Positions 26,777 to 36,774 of a stretch of DNA of 46,093 nucleotides are shown one piece after another. The stretch is from Thermodesulfobacteriota bacterium (GTDB lineage Bacteria; Desulfobacterota; Desulfobulbia; Desulfobulbales; SURF-16). The stretch is taken from positions 1 through 46,093 of the forward strand of contig JBFMAY010000033.1 of assembly GCA_040755455.1 (NCBI GenBank). The letters run 5' to 3'. The notes beneath the pieces were generated by a model. The model ran no database searches. It was not told the origin of the DNA and worked only from the letters and a program-made list of their open reading frames with translations. Both the position numbers and the translations under genes were made by a program. Position 1 is the first letter of the stretch. Each line of letters opens with the position of its first letter.

Positions 26777-29272
26777 ATGCTGGCATTTATCGATCAACTG
26801 CTGTTCGGCTCAGAAGGTGGTCTCAAACTCGCCGAGTTGCACAAGATGGTCCGGCGGGATTCCTTTTCCAATTACCTCAATTACGTGGCCTATGATCCGG
26901 AAACGGAAATCTACCGCAATCAGGATAACACAATCGGCATGCTGTGGGAGTGTACGCCGCTCGCCTTTGCCGGTGTGAAGACCCTGAAAACCCTGGAAGG
27001 TCTGTTCCGGGCCGGGCTGCCCATGGATGCGGTGCTGCAGTTTATCTTCCATGCCGATCCCCATGTCGAGCCGATGCTTGCTCTCTTTAAGCGCTCACGC
27101 ATCCGAAATCATCCCCTGGTTCATGCCAACCTGGAAGCGGTGAGCTCCTTTGTCCGCGGCGGAGTTGATGGGGTACATGAAAGCGCCGGCATCCCCATCC
27201 GTAATTTCCGGCTGTTTGTGGCGGTCAAGCTGCCGCAGAAAAGCCGGGAGGCCAGAGACAGCGTGCTCAAGGAGATCAAGCGGCAGATCCACGAGACCCT
27301 GGCCGCCGCGCATCTCCATCCGCGCCACATGGGGCCTGAGCAGTTGCTGGAATGGTGCCGACGCTTCCTGAACCGTTACCCGGAAGGGTATCCGGACCGG
27401 AATTTTGGCCAGTATGACCAGTTCGTGCCGATTCGCAAGCAGATCATCACCAGCGACACGGTAATCCGCGATGAGGGGGACTGCCTGAAGGTGGGCGACA
27501 AGTATTTCTGCTGCACCACGCCCAAGGTGTTTCCCAAGGAGGTATATCCGCTGCAGACCAATTCCCTGTTCGGCGGCATCTGGGGCCTGATCTCGGACGC
27601 CGATCAGATCAAAACCGGTTTCCTCTATGCGGTGAATGTCATTTTCGAGCCATTGTCCAGCACCCTGCATGCCAAATGCAATCTGGTTCTGCAGCAGGAG
27701 GCGGTGGGCTCCTTTTCGCCATCGCTGCGGCGTAAACAGGACGAATACCTGCACGCGGCCGACGATCTTGACAAGGGCATCCCGTTCGTCAAGGTCATGC
27801 CCATACTCTGGACCTGGAGCACGGACAAGGACAAGGCGCTGGACTCCATGGTCCGGGCCAGGCGCATGTGGGAGAGCTGCGGTTACACCATGCAGCAGGA
27901 CTGGGGAATTCTGAAGATCATGTTCCTGGCCGCCCTGCCTTTCGGTCTTTACACCGAGGGCAGGACGCTCGCCAACATCAACCGCGATTTCATCGCCCCG
28001 GTACCCACGGTCACGGCCATTCTGCCGGTGCAGGCTGATTTCGCCGGCGCCGGACTGCCGAAGCTGCTTTTCCTGGGCCGGAAGGGGCAACTGGCCGGGC
28101 TCGATTTTTTCGATGCCGGGTCCATCAACCAGAATGTCTTCTGCTGCGCCAGTTCCGGCAGCGGTAAAAGCTTTCTGGTCAACTCCATATCGTTCAACTA
28201 TTACGCCACCGGGGCCTTGATCCGCATCGTCGATATCGGCGGCAGCTATAAGAAAATGACCACCATGCTCGGGGCGCGCTACCTGGACTTCCAGCCGGGC
28301 ATCCCGGTATGCCTGAATCCTTTCACCCATATCGAGGATCCGGACGAGGAACTCAAAAGCGTCACCGCCGTTTTCGCCCAGATGGCCTATTCCAACTCCG
28401 CCGTAAGCCGGCCGGACGATACCGAAATGAATCTGATCCGCAACGCGGTGCGCTGGGCCTGGCAGCAGGAAGGCAACAACGCGGACGCCGATACCGTCTA
28501 CCGCTTTCTGTCCCGTTTTCCTGTGCCGGAGGCAAACCTTGGCGAGATCGCCGGCAACAAAAACCTTTCCGAGGCAGCAAGCAAGCTGGCCTTCAATATC
28601 CGGGAGTTCACCAGCCAGGGAGCCCATGCCCGGTTTTTCACCGGGCCGTCCACTTTCGACATCCGCCAGGATGAATTCGTGGTCCTGGAACTGGAGCATC
28701 TGAAGGTGCAGCCGGAACTCTACCGGGTGGTAACGCTGCTGGTCATCAACGCCGTGACCCAGGACCTCTATCTTTCGGACCGCTCCCGGCCAAGGTTGAT
28801 CATCTTTGACGAGGCCTGGCAGTTCATGGGCGAGGCCGCCATGCTGGCCCCGGTCATCAGCGAGGGCTATCGCCGGGCGCGGAAATACCAGGGCTCGTTC
28901 ATGGTCATCACCCAGTCGCTCTTTGATCTGAAGAGCTTCGGTGCGGTGGGCGAGGTGATCAAATCCAATTCCGCCTTCAAGATCCTGCTGGAATCCCAGG
29001 ATTTCAGCGCCGCCAAACAGGAAGGCCTTATCGATTACGACGATTTTACCACCGAGTTACTCAAAAGCGTCAAATCCAAACCGCCGAAATATTCGGAACT
29101 CTTTTTCGACACCCCGTTCGGCAACGGCGTGCTGCGCCTGGTGGTCGATCCATACACCTATTACATCTACACCTCCAATCCCCGGGAAATCGCCACCATG
29201 GAAAAACTGGTCAAAGAGGGCAAGGACTATGATCAAGCCATCCGCGAGATGGTGCGCCGTCATCGCGCTTAG
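26777..29272 (+). CDS. traC: TraC (VirB4-like ATPase)
   Basis: Walker A ASSGSGKSF, IVDIGGSY, Walker B IIFDEAW, GYRRARKY.GS..VITQS. Confidence 0.95.
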   Translation: MLAFIDQLLFGSEGGLKLAELHKMVRRDSFSNYLNYVAYDPETEIYRNQDNTIGMLWECTPLAFAGVKTLKTLEGLFRAGLPMDAVLQFIFHADPHVEPMLALFKRSRIRNHPLVHANLEAVSSFVRGGVDGVHESAGIPIRNFRLFVAVKLPQKSREARDSVLKEIKRQIHETLAAAHLHPRHMGPEQLLEWCRRFLNRYPEGYPDRNFGQYDQFVPIRKQIITSDTVIRDEGDCLKVGDKYFCCTTPKVFPKEVYPLQTNSLFGGIWGLISDADQIKTGFLYAVNVIFEPLSSTLHAKCNLVLQQEAVGSFSPSLRRKQDEYLHAADDLDKGIPFVKVMPILWTWSTDKDKALDSMVRARRMWESCGYTMQQDWGILKIMFLAALPFGLYTEGRTLANINRDFIAPVPTVTAILPVQADFAGAGLPKLLFLGRKGQLAGLDFFDAGSINQNVFCCASSGSGKSFLVNSISFNYYATGALIRIVDIGGSYKKMTTMLGARYLDFQPGIPVCLNPFTHIEDPDEELKSVTAVFAQMAYSNSAVSRPDDTEMNLIRNAVRWAWQQEGNNADADTVYRFLSRFPVPEANLGEIAGNKNLSEAASKLAFNIREFTSQGAHARFFTGPSTFDIRQDEFVVLELEHLKVQPELYRVVTLLVINAVTQDLYLSDRSRPRLIIFDEAWQFMGEAAMLAPVISEGYRRARKYQGSFMVITQSLFDLKSFGAVGEVIKSNSAFKILLESQDFSAAKQEGLIDYDDFTTELLKSVKSKPPKYSELFFDTPFGNGVLRLVVDPYTYYIYTSNPREIATMEKLVKEGKDYDQAIREMVRRHRA

Positions 29273-31724
29273 TGTGCTCTCTCAAGCCCGTTACGTCCTG
29301 GCGGCTGATCCGGCCTCGGCGGCCCGTGACGCAGCCGGCGCAGCGCTTAAGCAATTCGGCTCAAGCGAGGCCATCCGCCGCAATGCCTCCCTGCCGCTCA
29401 CTTCAGGCGAAGCGCAACTCTCGACCATTGACGGATCGGATGCCGCCGCCGTGCAGATCAGCCATCCCTCCTCTTCCGCCTTTCTCACGGTCTCTGCCCA
29501 GAGAGCTGCCAGCGGTGATCTCACCCCAGTCCGGATACGGCAGGATCTCGATTTCGACGGTAATTTCGACTACAGCTATCAGCCTCCCTTGCCGATCTCC
29601 GGCACCTGCGCCAACGGCGTCATCTCCTGTGATCCCGGTACCTGGGATCATTGCCGGACCTATAGCTGGACCAGCGACAGCTCTGGCCGCGCAAGTCTGA
29701 CGACCAGCCCCTTGAACACCCTGGCCGGCTGCTATTGTGTGAACATGAGCTGCGGCAGCCCCGGCAATGTCCGGGACATGCTCAAAGACCTGGGCGGCGG
29801 TGCGGCGGCAGTGGTCCAGGAGCAAAAAAGCGGTTACAGCGTTTCACGGGTGGAGCTGACTGACTCAATAATCAGCTATTACGGACAGGACAACAGCGGC
29901 TCACCAACGGGCGCGATGCCGCAGTCAGCATATTTTAACCAGCCCTCCGCCATGGCCGCTGACGTCGATGCCGAAGTGGCAAATCAAACCGCCGATACTG
30001 ACAGCTACTATTCCATGGTGAGCACCAGCATGACTGAGCGGGGAGCCGCCACCAGTTTGCAGTCCTGCAGCGTAAACCGTATTGTCACGGTGGAACAACT
30101 CTCCCGCTCCTGCCCTGACGGCAAGCCACCCGACCCGATCTCGGGCCTATGCGTTGAATGGCGAGGATCGGGGTCTTCTTCCGGGTATATATTTTTGTCT
30201 CTCCCAGGTTCCATCCAGATAGTAGATGGCCGGATACGACTCGCGATCGACAACATTGGTACAGGGAGTTGGGTCGAACTCAGAGGCGCCGGCATCTCGC
30301 TGGCAGCATTTTGTTTCATCGAGGTGGCGGATAACCGCATACGCGCCGGAACTACCAGGTTTGGCACAGGTTCCTGGGTAGATTTGACCGGCTCCGGCAA
30401 GTCACAGGCACCTTTTTTCGGGGTCGAGGTTGCAGACGTCCGCTTACGCTTTATCAGCATTGGAGGCAGCGTCGGCCAATGGGTTCCCTTTCTCACCGAA
30501 ATCGATGCCGTCTGCACCTATAAGGCGGCTGATACCATTAACGATCTGTGCAGCGCCATGGCAGATAATCCCGATTGTTCCCTGCGGGAGGAAACCGTGG
30601 ATTCGGTGCAGACCTTCCGCAGCTTCCAACCCACCGGCCTTGCGCCGCTCCCCTCGGCCCGAAGTTTCACCGCCTCATCGCCCTGCAACGCCGGTGAGCC
30701 GCCGTATGGCATGACCATCACCAGGGACTGGTGGCGGAAGGATCGGACCTACCGTTGCACCGGAAACAACAATTTCGATTTCAGCGATGCCGCGCGACGG
30801 GTGGACACCATTACCCGTTCGGTTGAAGGCAATACGCCAGCCCGGTCGACCTTCGCTTTTACCGATGCCAGAAAGGATCATGAGACCGGGGCATGGACAG
30901 TGGATGAGCAGACCGTGACCATCCCCGAGCTTGATCCGCCGCCAGACTGTGAAATGGTCTGCAAGACGAGAAAACAGGTAGAGGACAGCCAGGCTGGGGT
31001 AAACGGCGTGAGTACCGATTATCAGAATTCACCCACCAGGTACGACACCTTTTATCATGTCTGTGGTCTGGCTAACCATTGCCCGGCAGGGCCTGGTGAG
31101 GTCATTGTCGATGACTGCCAATGTCTCAATGAATTCGCCGAAGCGGCCGCTGCCATGACGGTGCTTGACGAGGCCGGCCGCGACATGACATGTAGCAATG
31201 GAGGAACCACTGCCTCCGGAGATTGTCTGGGTGAAATCAGGATCTTTGAGGGCAGACGTTCGGAATGTCTTGAGAACGGCTGGTCTACCTCTTTTTTCGA
31301 CTGCTGCAATGATTCGGACGAAAATTTTCTGTTTCTCAAGGAAAATTGCCCTGACGCCAGTATTGAAACCGTGCAGGCCAAACAGGCGGGCCAGGCCCAT
31401 TATATCGGCACGTACTGCAAAAAAGACATCGTGTTTATCGGCTGCGTACAGGAGGCGGAAACATACTGCGTATTCAACTCCAAACTGGGACGGATCATCC
31501 ATGAACAGGGACGCATGCAACTGCAGAAATTTAACCCCAACGGCAACTGGGGCTCGGCCAAAGCACCGAACTGCGAAGGTTTCACGCCGGAAGGGTTTCA
31601 GATGCTGGATTTTTCGAAGATGGACCTGTCGGAGATGTTTGGCGACATCGTGCCCTTGCCTGCGGCCCTGATGGAAAACGATGTCCAGGGTGCGATCAAC
31701 GATTTCCAGAACAAGATGCGGTGA
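29229..31724 (+). CDS. traN: Mating-pair stabilisation protein TraN
   Basis: Cys-rich; C-terminal FFDCC, HYIGTYC, YCVFNSKLGRIIHEQGR.QL, W.....PNC.GFT..FQ.LDFSKMDLSE. Confidence 0.9.
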   Translation: MIKPSARWCAVIALSVLSQARYVLAADPASAARDAAGAALKQFGSSEAIRRNASLPLTSGEAQLSTIDGSDAAAVQISHPSSSAFLTVSAQRAASGDLTPVRIRQDLDFDGNFDYSYQPPLPISGTCANGVISCDPGTWDHCRTYSWTSDSSGRASLTTSPLNTLAGCYCVNMSCGSPGNVRDMLKDLGGGAAAVVQEQKSGYSVSRVELTDSIISYYGQDNSGSPTGAMPQSAYFNQPSAMAADVDAEVANQTADTDSYYSMVSTSMTERGAATSLQSCSVNRIVTVEQLSRSCPDGKPPDPISGLCVEWRGSGSSSGYIFLSLPGSIQIVDGRIRLAIDNIGTGSWVELRGAGISLAAFCFIEVADNRIRAGTTRFGTGSWVDLTGSGKSQAPFFGVEVADVRLRFISIGGSVGQWVPFLTEIDAVCTYKAADTINDLCSAMADNPDCSLREETVDSVQTFRSFQPTGLAPLPSARSFTASSPCNAGEPPYGMTITRDWWRKDRTYRCTGNNNFDFSDAARRVDTITRSVEGNTPARSTFAFTDARKDHETGAWTVDEQTVTIPELDPPPDCEMVCKTRKQVEDSQAGVNGVSTDYQNSPTRYDTFYHVCGLANHCPAGPGEVIVDDCQCLNEFAEAAAAMTVLDEAGRDMTCSNGGTTASGDCLGEIRIFEGRRSECLENGWSTSFFDCCNDSDENFLFLKENCPDASIETVQAKQAGQAHYIGTYCKKDIVFIGCVQEAETYCVFNSKLGRIIHEQGRMQLQKFNPNGNWGSAKAPNCEGFTPEGFQMLDFSKMDLSEMFGDIVPLPAALMENDVQGAINDFQNKMR

Positions 31725-31809
31725 GGGGAAATTATATTTTGTCTGAAAAGTGCGCTTGAAGTCATAACCTGCTGCAAACAGCATATAACTTTTCCATCGA
31801 AGAAACTGC

Positions 31810-31876
31810 TTGACCTTAACCTTGTTATGGATAAAATTACTTACACAAGTTAATAAGTGTAAGGATCTTTATCCAT
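31810..31876 (+). promoter_or_regulatory. abiE promoter with overlapping inverted-repeat operator
   Basis: TTGACC-16 nt-TAAAAT; inverted repeat ATGGATAAA..CTTACAC / GTGTAAG..TTTATCCAT (31827-31876) covering the -10 and start, as known for AbiEi autoregulation. Confidence 0.7.
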
Positions 31877-32495
31877 GGAAAAACGTTCGGAACAACAAAC
31901 TGCTCATGATAAAGCAATGCTGATCCTGAAAGAGCATGGGGGAACCCTGCGAACAGGCGAGGCTCTCAAGGCCGGAATTCACCCAAGGGTTCTTTACTCT
32001 CTTCGGGATCAAGAAAAAATCGAACAGGTATCGCGTGGCGTATACAGACTTTCCGACCTGCCTCCTATATCAAATCCGGATCTCGTATCCGTCGCCCTTC
32101 GGGTTCCCAAGGCTGTGATTTGTCTGATTTCAGCACTTTCTTTCCATCACCTCACAACCCAGGTTCCTCATGAGGTTGCCATTGCGCTTGAAAGAGGGAC
32201 TGAATCCCCCAGGGTTGATTTTCCTCCTGTTTCCATTCACCGGTTCACCAAGGAAGCCTATTATGCCGGCGTCGAAAAACACGAAATCGATGGGGTGGAA
32301 ATTCTCGTCTATAGCCCGGAAAAGACAATTGCCGATTGTTTCAAATTCCGCAATAAACTGGGGCTCGATGTCGTTCTGGAAGCTCTCAAACTCTATAAGG
32401 AAAGGGGGAGGCTCAATACAGAAGAACTGATGCGGTATGGGCATATATGCCGGGTGGCCAAAATCATGAAGCCATACCTGGAGGCGATGGTATGA
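31875..32495 (+). CDS. abiEi: Type IV TA antitoxin AbiEi
   Basis: N-terminal wHTH (IEQVSRGVYRL), ICLISALSFH.LTTQ.P, VYSPEKTIADCF. Confidence 0.92.
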   Translation: MEKRSEQQTAHDKAMLILKEHGGTLRTGEALKAGIHPRVLYSLRDQEKIEQVSRGVYRLSDLPPISNPDLVSVALRVPKAVICLISALSFHHLTTQVPHEVAIALERGTESPRVDFPPVSIHRFTKEAYYAGVEKHEIDGVEILVYSPEKTIADCFKFRNKLGLDVVLEALKLYKERGRLNTEELMRYGHICRVAKIMKPYLEAMV

Positions 32496-33409
32496 ATGGG
32501 AAAACGCCGAAAAATATCGGCGCCTCGGTCCGTCAACGCTTGCTCAACAAGGCCAGACACGACAATCGCCCCTTTAATGAACTGCTGCAATACTTTGCCA
32601 TTGAACGTTTTCTGTTCAGGTTGTCGCAGTCACCTCATGCGGAAAAGTTTATTTTAAAAGGCGCATTGATGCTCAGAGCCTGGCAGGCCCCCTTGTTTCG
32701 GCCAACCATGGACATAGACATGCTCGGCCGAAACACCAGAAACGAGGTAGAAAAGATCATAGAGCAGATACGCGAGATCTGCCAGGTTTCGGTTGAACCT
32801 GAAGACGGATTGCAATTCGATACGGGCAATATTGCCGGGGAGAGAATCACCGAGGACGCCGATTATGAAGGCGTGCGGGTGCGATTTACCGCCCGGCTTG
32901 AAACGGCCAGAATTCCAATGCAGATTGATATCGGCTTTGGCGACGTGGTTGTTCCAGGTCCCCAGGTGGCGATCCTTCCCGCTATTCTGGATTTTCCCCC
33001 ACCGCAGCTGATTGGTTACAGCTTGGAGAGCGCTATTGCTGAAAAATTCGAGGCAATGGTAAAGCTGGGCGAACTGAACAGTCGCATGAAGGACTTTTAT
33101 GATATCTGGCTGCTTTCCAGACAATTCGATTTCATGGGTGAGCGACTCAAAGACGCGATGTCCGAAACATTGAAAAATCGTGGGACAAATCTTCCATCCG
33201 AAATTGTTGCATTCTCAAATTCTTTCCTTTCGATGAAGAGTGGACAATGGCAGGCTTTTCATAGAAGACTCGGACAAGAAAACATTCCTGCGGATTTTGC
33301 CGAGATCATACGCCAGGTTAAAATTTTCCTTTATCCAATTGTGGAATCCATTCGGTCAGGAATGGCAACGCCTTCCAGTTGGGAAGCGCCCGGTCCTTGG
33401 GAAGCATAG
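32492..33409 (+). CDS. abiEii: Type IV TA toxin, AbiEii/AbiGii nucleotidyltransferase
   Basis: ASVRQRLLN, ERFLFRL, FILKGA, RPTMDID, IDIGFGD, IAEKFEAM, NSRMKDFYDI; coupled to abiEi. Confidence 0.92.
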   Translation: MNGKTPKNIGASVRQRLLNKARHDNRPFNELLQYFAIERFLFRLSQSPHAEKFILKGALMLRAWQAPLFRPTMDIDMLGRNTRNEVEKIIEQIREICQVSVEPEDGLQFDTGNIAGERITEDADYEGVRVRFTARLETARIPMQIDIGFGDVVVPGPQVAILPAILDFPPPQLIGYSLESAIAEKFEAMVKLGELNSRMKDFYDIWLLSRQFDFMGERLKDAMSETLKNRGTNLPSEIVAFSNSFLSMKSGQWQAFHRRLGQENIPADFAEIIRQVKIFLYPIVESIRSGMATPSSWEAPGPWEA

Positions 33410-33537
33410 ACATTCCTTCAGAGCTTCAACCTGTCCCAAATTTTTCCCTTTCAATCCTAAAACGTCACATCCCTGGAAAAAAGTGAGTAGCGGACCATAG
33501 CCGCTACACTTGAACTTTTTATGCCGGCAGGGGAGAC

Positions 33538-34161
33538 GTGCGTTTTCAAGCAATCTTTGTAACAGCAATGTTTATCTGTATGTTGGATGCCGATGTCTCT
33601 TTTGCCAGGCATCTCGGCACGGTGGGGCACGTTTATCCTGTAGTGGAGCCGAACGCTCTGGCCGAGATCCAGGAAGCGGCTGCGGGGGTGGACTGGGAAA
33701 AGGCAATCGACCGGCAGAAGAAGCTGGAGATGATCAAAAACTTCAGACCCGGTGACCTGCACCCCCTTCCGGCCGCAAAGTTGGACAGGTCATTCCTGGT
33801 TGACATGACCTACACCCTGGATAGCGATATACCGGACGGGATGGGCGGAGTGCTGTATCCCAGGTGTTTTTCCTTCAATCCCCTGGACTATGTCAGTCTC
33901 ACGAGCATCCTGGTGGTGATCGATGCCGGTGACCGGCGCCAAGTCGATTGGTTCAAGACTTCGCTTTATGCAGATGATTACAGGACCAGATTGATTCTCT
34001 CTGGTGGCGATTACTACGATCTCTCCGAGGAGCTTGACCGGCCGGTTTTTTACCTCATGGATACTGTTGCCCGGCGGCTGCAGCTCGCGGCGGTGCCGTC
34101 GGTTATCCGGCAGCAGGATAATGTGCTGCTGGTGCGGGAGGTAATGCTTCTCCATGAGTAG
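33538..34161 (+). CDS. traW: TraW-like F-type pilus assembly protein
   Basis: LGTVG.VYPV.EP.AL.EI, FNPLDY, IDA.D..QV.W, PVFY, AVPS; upstream of traU. Confidence 0.8.
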   Translation: MRFQAIFVTAMFICMLDADVSFARHLGTVGHVYPVVEPNALAEIQEAAAGVDWEKAIDRQKKLEMIKNFRPGDLHPLPAAKLDRSFLVDMTYTLDSDIPDGMGGVLYPRCFSFNPLDYVSLTSILVVIDAGDRRQVDWFKTSLYADDYRTRLILSGGDYYDLSEELDRPVFYLMDTVARRLQLAAVPSVIRQQDNVLLVREVMLLHE

Positions 34162-35161
34162 ATATATCGCAATTTTCACACTTCTCCTGATTGTGTCTTG
34201 TCCATCTGGTGCCATGGCCGCCGTCAAAAGCGGCCAGTTCATTAATCCCATCACGGATATCGCCTGGCAGGAGATATTCCCGATCAAGATTGCGGGGATT
34301 ACCATTGCTCCCGCTTCCGGCAATTACGACACCCCTGATCCGGCATCGACTCCGGTCTGCGTCTGCCCTGCCCCGCCGCCCGTTTTTTACCGGATTGGTA
34401 TTTCCGTGAGTTTCTGGGAGCCGACCCGGATGATCGAGACCGTGGCCACGCCATACTATTTCCCCTCCCTTGGTTTCGGGCTGGATCTGGCCTCCACCAA
34501 GGGGTTTCTGTCCGGCAAGAACCATAGCTTGAACGATACCCTTCCGGATCAATCCACCTTTGCCCAAGCCCATTATCTGCTTTTCCCGGTCTGGAGCATC
34601 CTGGGTCTGTTGACCGATTTTGTCTGCGTCGAGCATTCCGGTTTTGACGTGGCCTATATCACCGAAATCGATCCGCTGTGGCAGGACGACGAACTGGCCT
34701 TTATCATCCATCCCGAGGCCCTGCTTTTTGCCAACCCATTCGCCCAGATGGCCTGTATGGCCGATTCGGTGGCGGTCAATGCTTACCGCCCCCTGGAAGC
34801 CCTTTACTGGTGCGTGGGCAGTGGCGGTTCCGCTTATCCCATGACCGGTCATGTCGATGACGACAACATCATCCAGGCCAACTCCACGATCGCGGCCCGC
34901 ATGATCTACAAGCTGGCCCGGGAACTGTTGATCTGCGACACCGGCCTCAATCTCTGCTCCTGCGTGCCGACGCCGATCTGGTACAAGCCCAATTACAAAC
35001 TGCAGGCCGTCCGTCCGACGGTGAACAAAAAGGCCTGGCCCATCGGCAAGAGCGCCTTCTTTTACGGCGCCAATCTCAATCCGCCTTACCGGAGCGGCAA
35101 GGGGCCGGGAGATGAATTTCTCTGGATGGTTTTCAGGAAAAGGGCATGTTGCGCGTTTTGA
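34154..35161 (+). CDS. traU: TraU
   Basis: FINPITDI.W..IFPI.IAG, C.CP, SFWEP.R.IE.V, Y.TEIDPLWQDDEL, C-terminal RKR.CC. Confidence 0.92.
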   Translation: MSRYIAIFTLLLIVSCPSGAMAAVKSGQFINPITDIAWQEIFPIKIAGITIAPASGNYDTPDPASTPVCVCPAPPPVFYRIGISVSFWEPTRMIETVATPYYFPSLGFGLDLASTKGFLSGKNHSLNDTLPDQSTFAQAHYLLFPVWSILGLLTDFVCVEHSGFDVAYITEIDPLWQDDELAFIIHPEALLFANPFAQMACMADSVAVNAYRPLEALYWCVGSGGSAYPMTGHVDDDNIIQANSTIAARMIYKLARELLICDTGLNLCSCVPTPIWYKPNYKLQAVRPTVNKKAWPIGKSAFFYGANLNPPYRSGKGPGDEFLWMVFRKRACCAF

Positions 35162-35973
35162 AGAGGATAACCGTCATGGCCGGGGCAACGATCCTCCTCG
35201 CCCTTTATCTTGCAGCCGGGCATGCCTTTGCCGGCGGCAAGTCAGCCACGGATCTCAAGATGAACGACATCTCCGGCGTTTTGCAAGAGGCACAGGAGAA
35301 AGTAAAGGAACTGCAGCTTCCAAAACAAGACCCGGCGGATAACTGCGGCTGCCAGGAGGCGGCGGGAAAGCTCATGGAAAAATTCAATGCACCGGACCAC
35401 CAGGCCATGATGCGCGACGAGCAGCAGCGTCTGCGGGAAACCATATTCAAGGACATCCTCAGCGAATCCACGCCCCAGAGCGAACAGCATTCACTGCCCG
35501 AAGCTGCCTCCAACTCGGCACAGCTTTATCTTTTTGTTTCCAGTTCGGTACCGCTCACCACGCTTCGCAATTATGCGGCCATGATTGATCGTGCCCATGT
35601 CGCCCAGGTGATCATGGTACTGCGCGGCTTTGTCGGGGGCATGAAGGAAATCCGGCCCACCATGGAATTTATCGGCGAAATCCTGAAAAAAGACCCGGCC
35701 TGCAATCTCATACGAAATAAATGTGACAACTATCAGGTGAACATTGAGATCGAGCCCCTGCTTTTCCAGCGCGTTGCCATTGATGAAGTGCCGGCGTTGG
35801 CATATTTGCCGGTCAGTGAAAACGATACCGAAGGAAAGCAGACAGAACCGCTGATCGTAAACGGCGATGCGGGCCTGGATTACCTGCTGGAACGAATAAA
35901 CAGAGAGGCCAAAAGCGCGGAACTCAACACACTGATTGCCGCCTTGCGTGATGGAATACGGAATGGAAATTGA
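35146..35973 (+). CDS. trbC: Type-F pilus assembly protein TrbC
   Basis: LFVSSSVP..TLR.Y, MVLRGF, I.P.LF.R..I..VPA, GDA.LDY.LE. Confidence 0.82.
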   Translation: MLRVLKRITVMAGATILLALYLAAGHAFAGGKSATDLKMNDISGVLQEAQEKVKELQLPKQDPADNCGCQEAAGKLMEKFNAPDHQAMMRDEQQRLRETIFKDILSESTPQSEQHSLPEAASNSAQLYLFVSSSVPLTTLRNYAAMIDRAHVAQVIMVLRGFVGGMKEIRPTMEFIGEILKKDPACNLIRNKCDNYQVNIEIEPLLFQRVAIDEVPALAYLPVSENDTEGKQTEPLIVNGDAGLDYLLERINREAKSAELNTLIAALRDGIRNGN

Positions 35974-36310
35974 AATGAACAACACGTCAGGTGGAAATAC
36001 AGCCACTGCTGCCAAAAAACATGGGCCCGGTTTCATAATCACTATCCTCATCGCCCTGTCGGTGAGCCTTGTCTCGGCCATGGGCGTGGTCGTGTTCTAT
36101 GATAAGCAATACGCCCAGAAAATCGTGACCATGGATTTGCAAGGGTATATCCGTGACCAGCGGGACAAAGCGGTCAGCGGGGCAATATCCGATGAAGAGT
36201 TGCGCAAGAACATCAATGCCATGGAAGCGGCGCTGCTGGCTGCACCGCCCAATCACATCGTGCTCTTGAAAGAGGTAGTGCTGAGGAATGCCGGGGAAAT
36301 CAAACCATAA
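35963..36310 (+). CDS. Small bitopic membrane protein of the tra region (TrbI-like)
   Basis: Single TM followed by IVTMDL..YI; position within the tra operon. Confidence 0.55.
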   Translation: MEIEMNNTSGGNTATAAKKHGPGFIITILIALSVSLVSAMGVVVFYDKQYAQKIVTMDLQGYIRDQRDKAVSGAISDEELRKNINAMEAALLAAPPNHIVLLKEVVLRNAGEIKP

Positions 36311-36770
36311 ACACTCAACCCCATGGAAAATCCCGGTGATAATGACCGCAGCCCTGGCCATGGGCTTATGGCTCCCCTGCCATATCAGCGTGACGCTCAC
36401 CCCGTCCCTCGGCTACCGCGTTTTCTTTCTGACCGAGCCGGAATCTCGGAATTTCAGACAAGGAGAATATCTCTTGTTTGGCAAGCATCTCGATCAAGCG
36501 CAAACAGACCGGCTGCTGAAAAAAGTGGGCTGTGCGCCGGGCCAAAGGCTCAGTGCCGTTGAGGGGGAGTTTACCTGTGACGGCCATTTTCTCGGCAGGG
36601 CTTTGGCCCAGGATTCAAAAGGCAACAGACTGCCGCAATTCATCTTCAGCGGTTTTGTCCCACCCGGCAGCCTGTTCATGGTCGGCAGCCACCCGCGCAG
36701 TTATGACAGCAGATATTTCGGATTCATCCATGCAGACACTGTGCTTAAAAAAGCGTATCCACTCTGGTAG
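36288..36770 (+). CDS. S26 conjugative signal peptidase (TrhF-like pilin-processing peptidase)
   Basis: T.SL, LLKKV.C.PG, VP.G.LFM.G.HPRSYDSRYFGFI. Confidence 0.85.
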   Translation: MPGKSNHKHSTPWKIPVIMTAALAMGLWLPCHISVTLTPSLGYRVFFLTEPESRNFRQGEYLLFGKHLDQAQTDRLLKKVGCAPGQRLSAVEGEFTCDGHFLGRALAQDSKGNRLPQFIFSGFVPPGSLFMVGSHPRSYDSRYFGFIHADTVLKKAYPLW

Positions 36771-36774
36771 GGCG

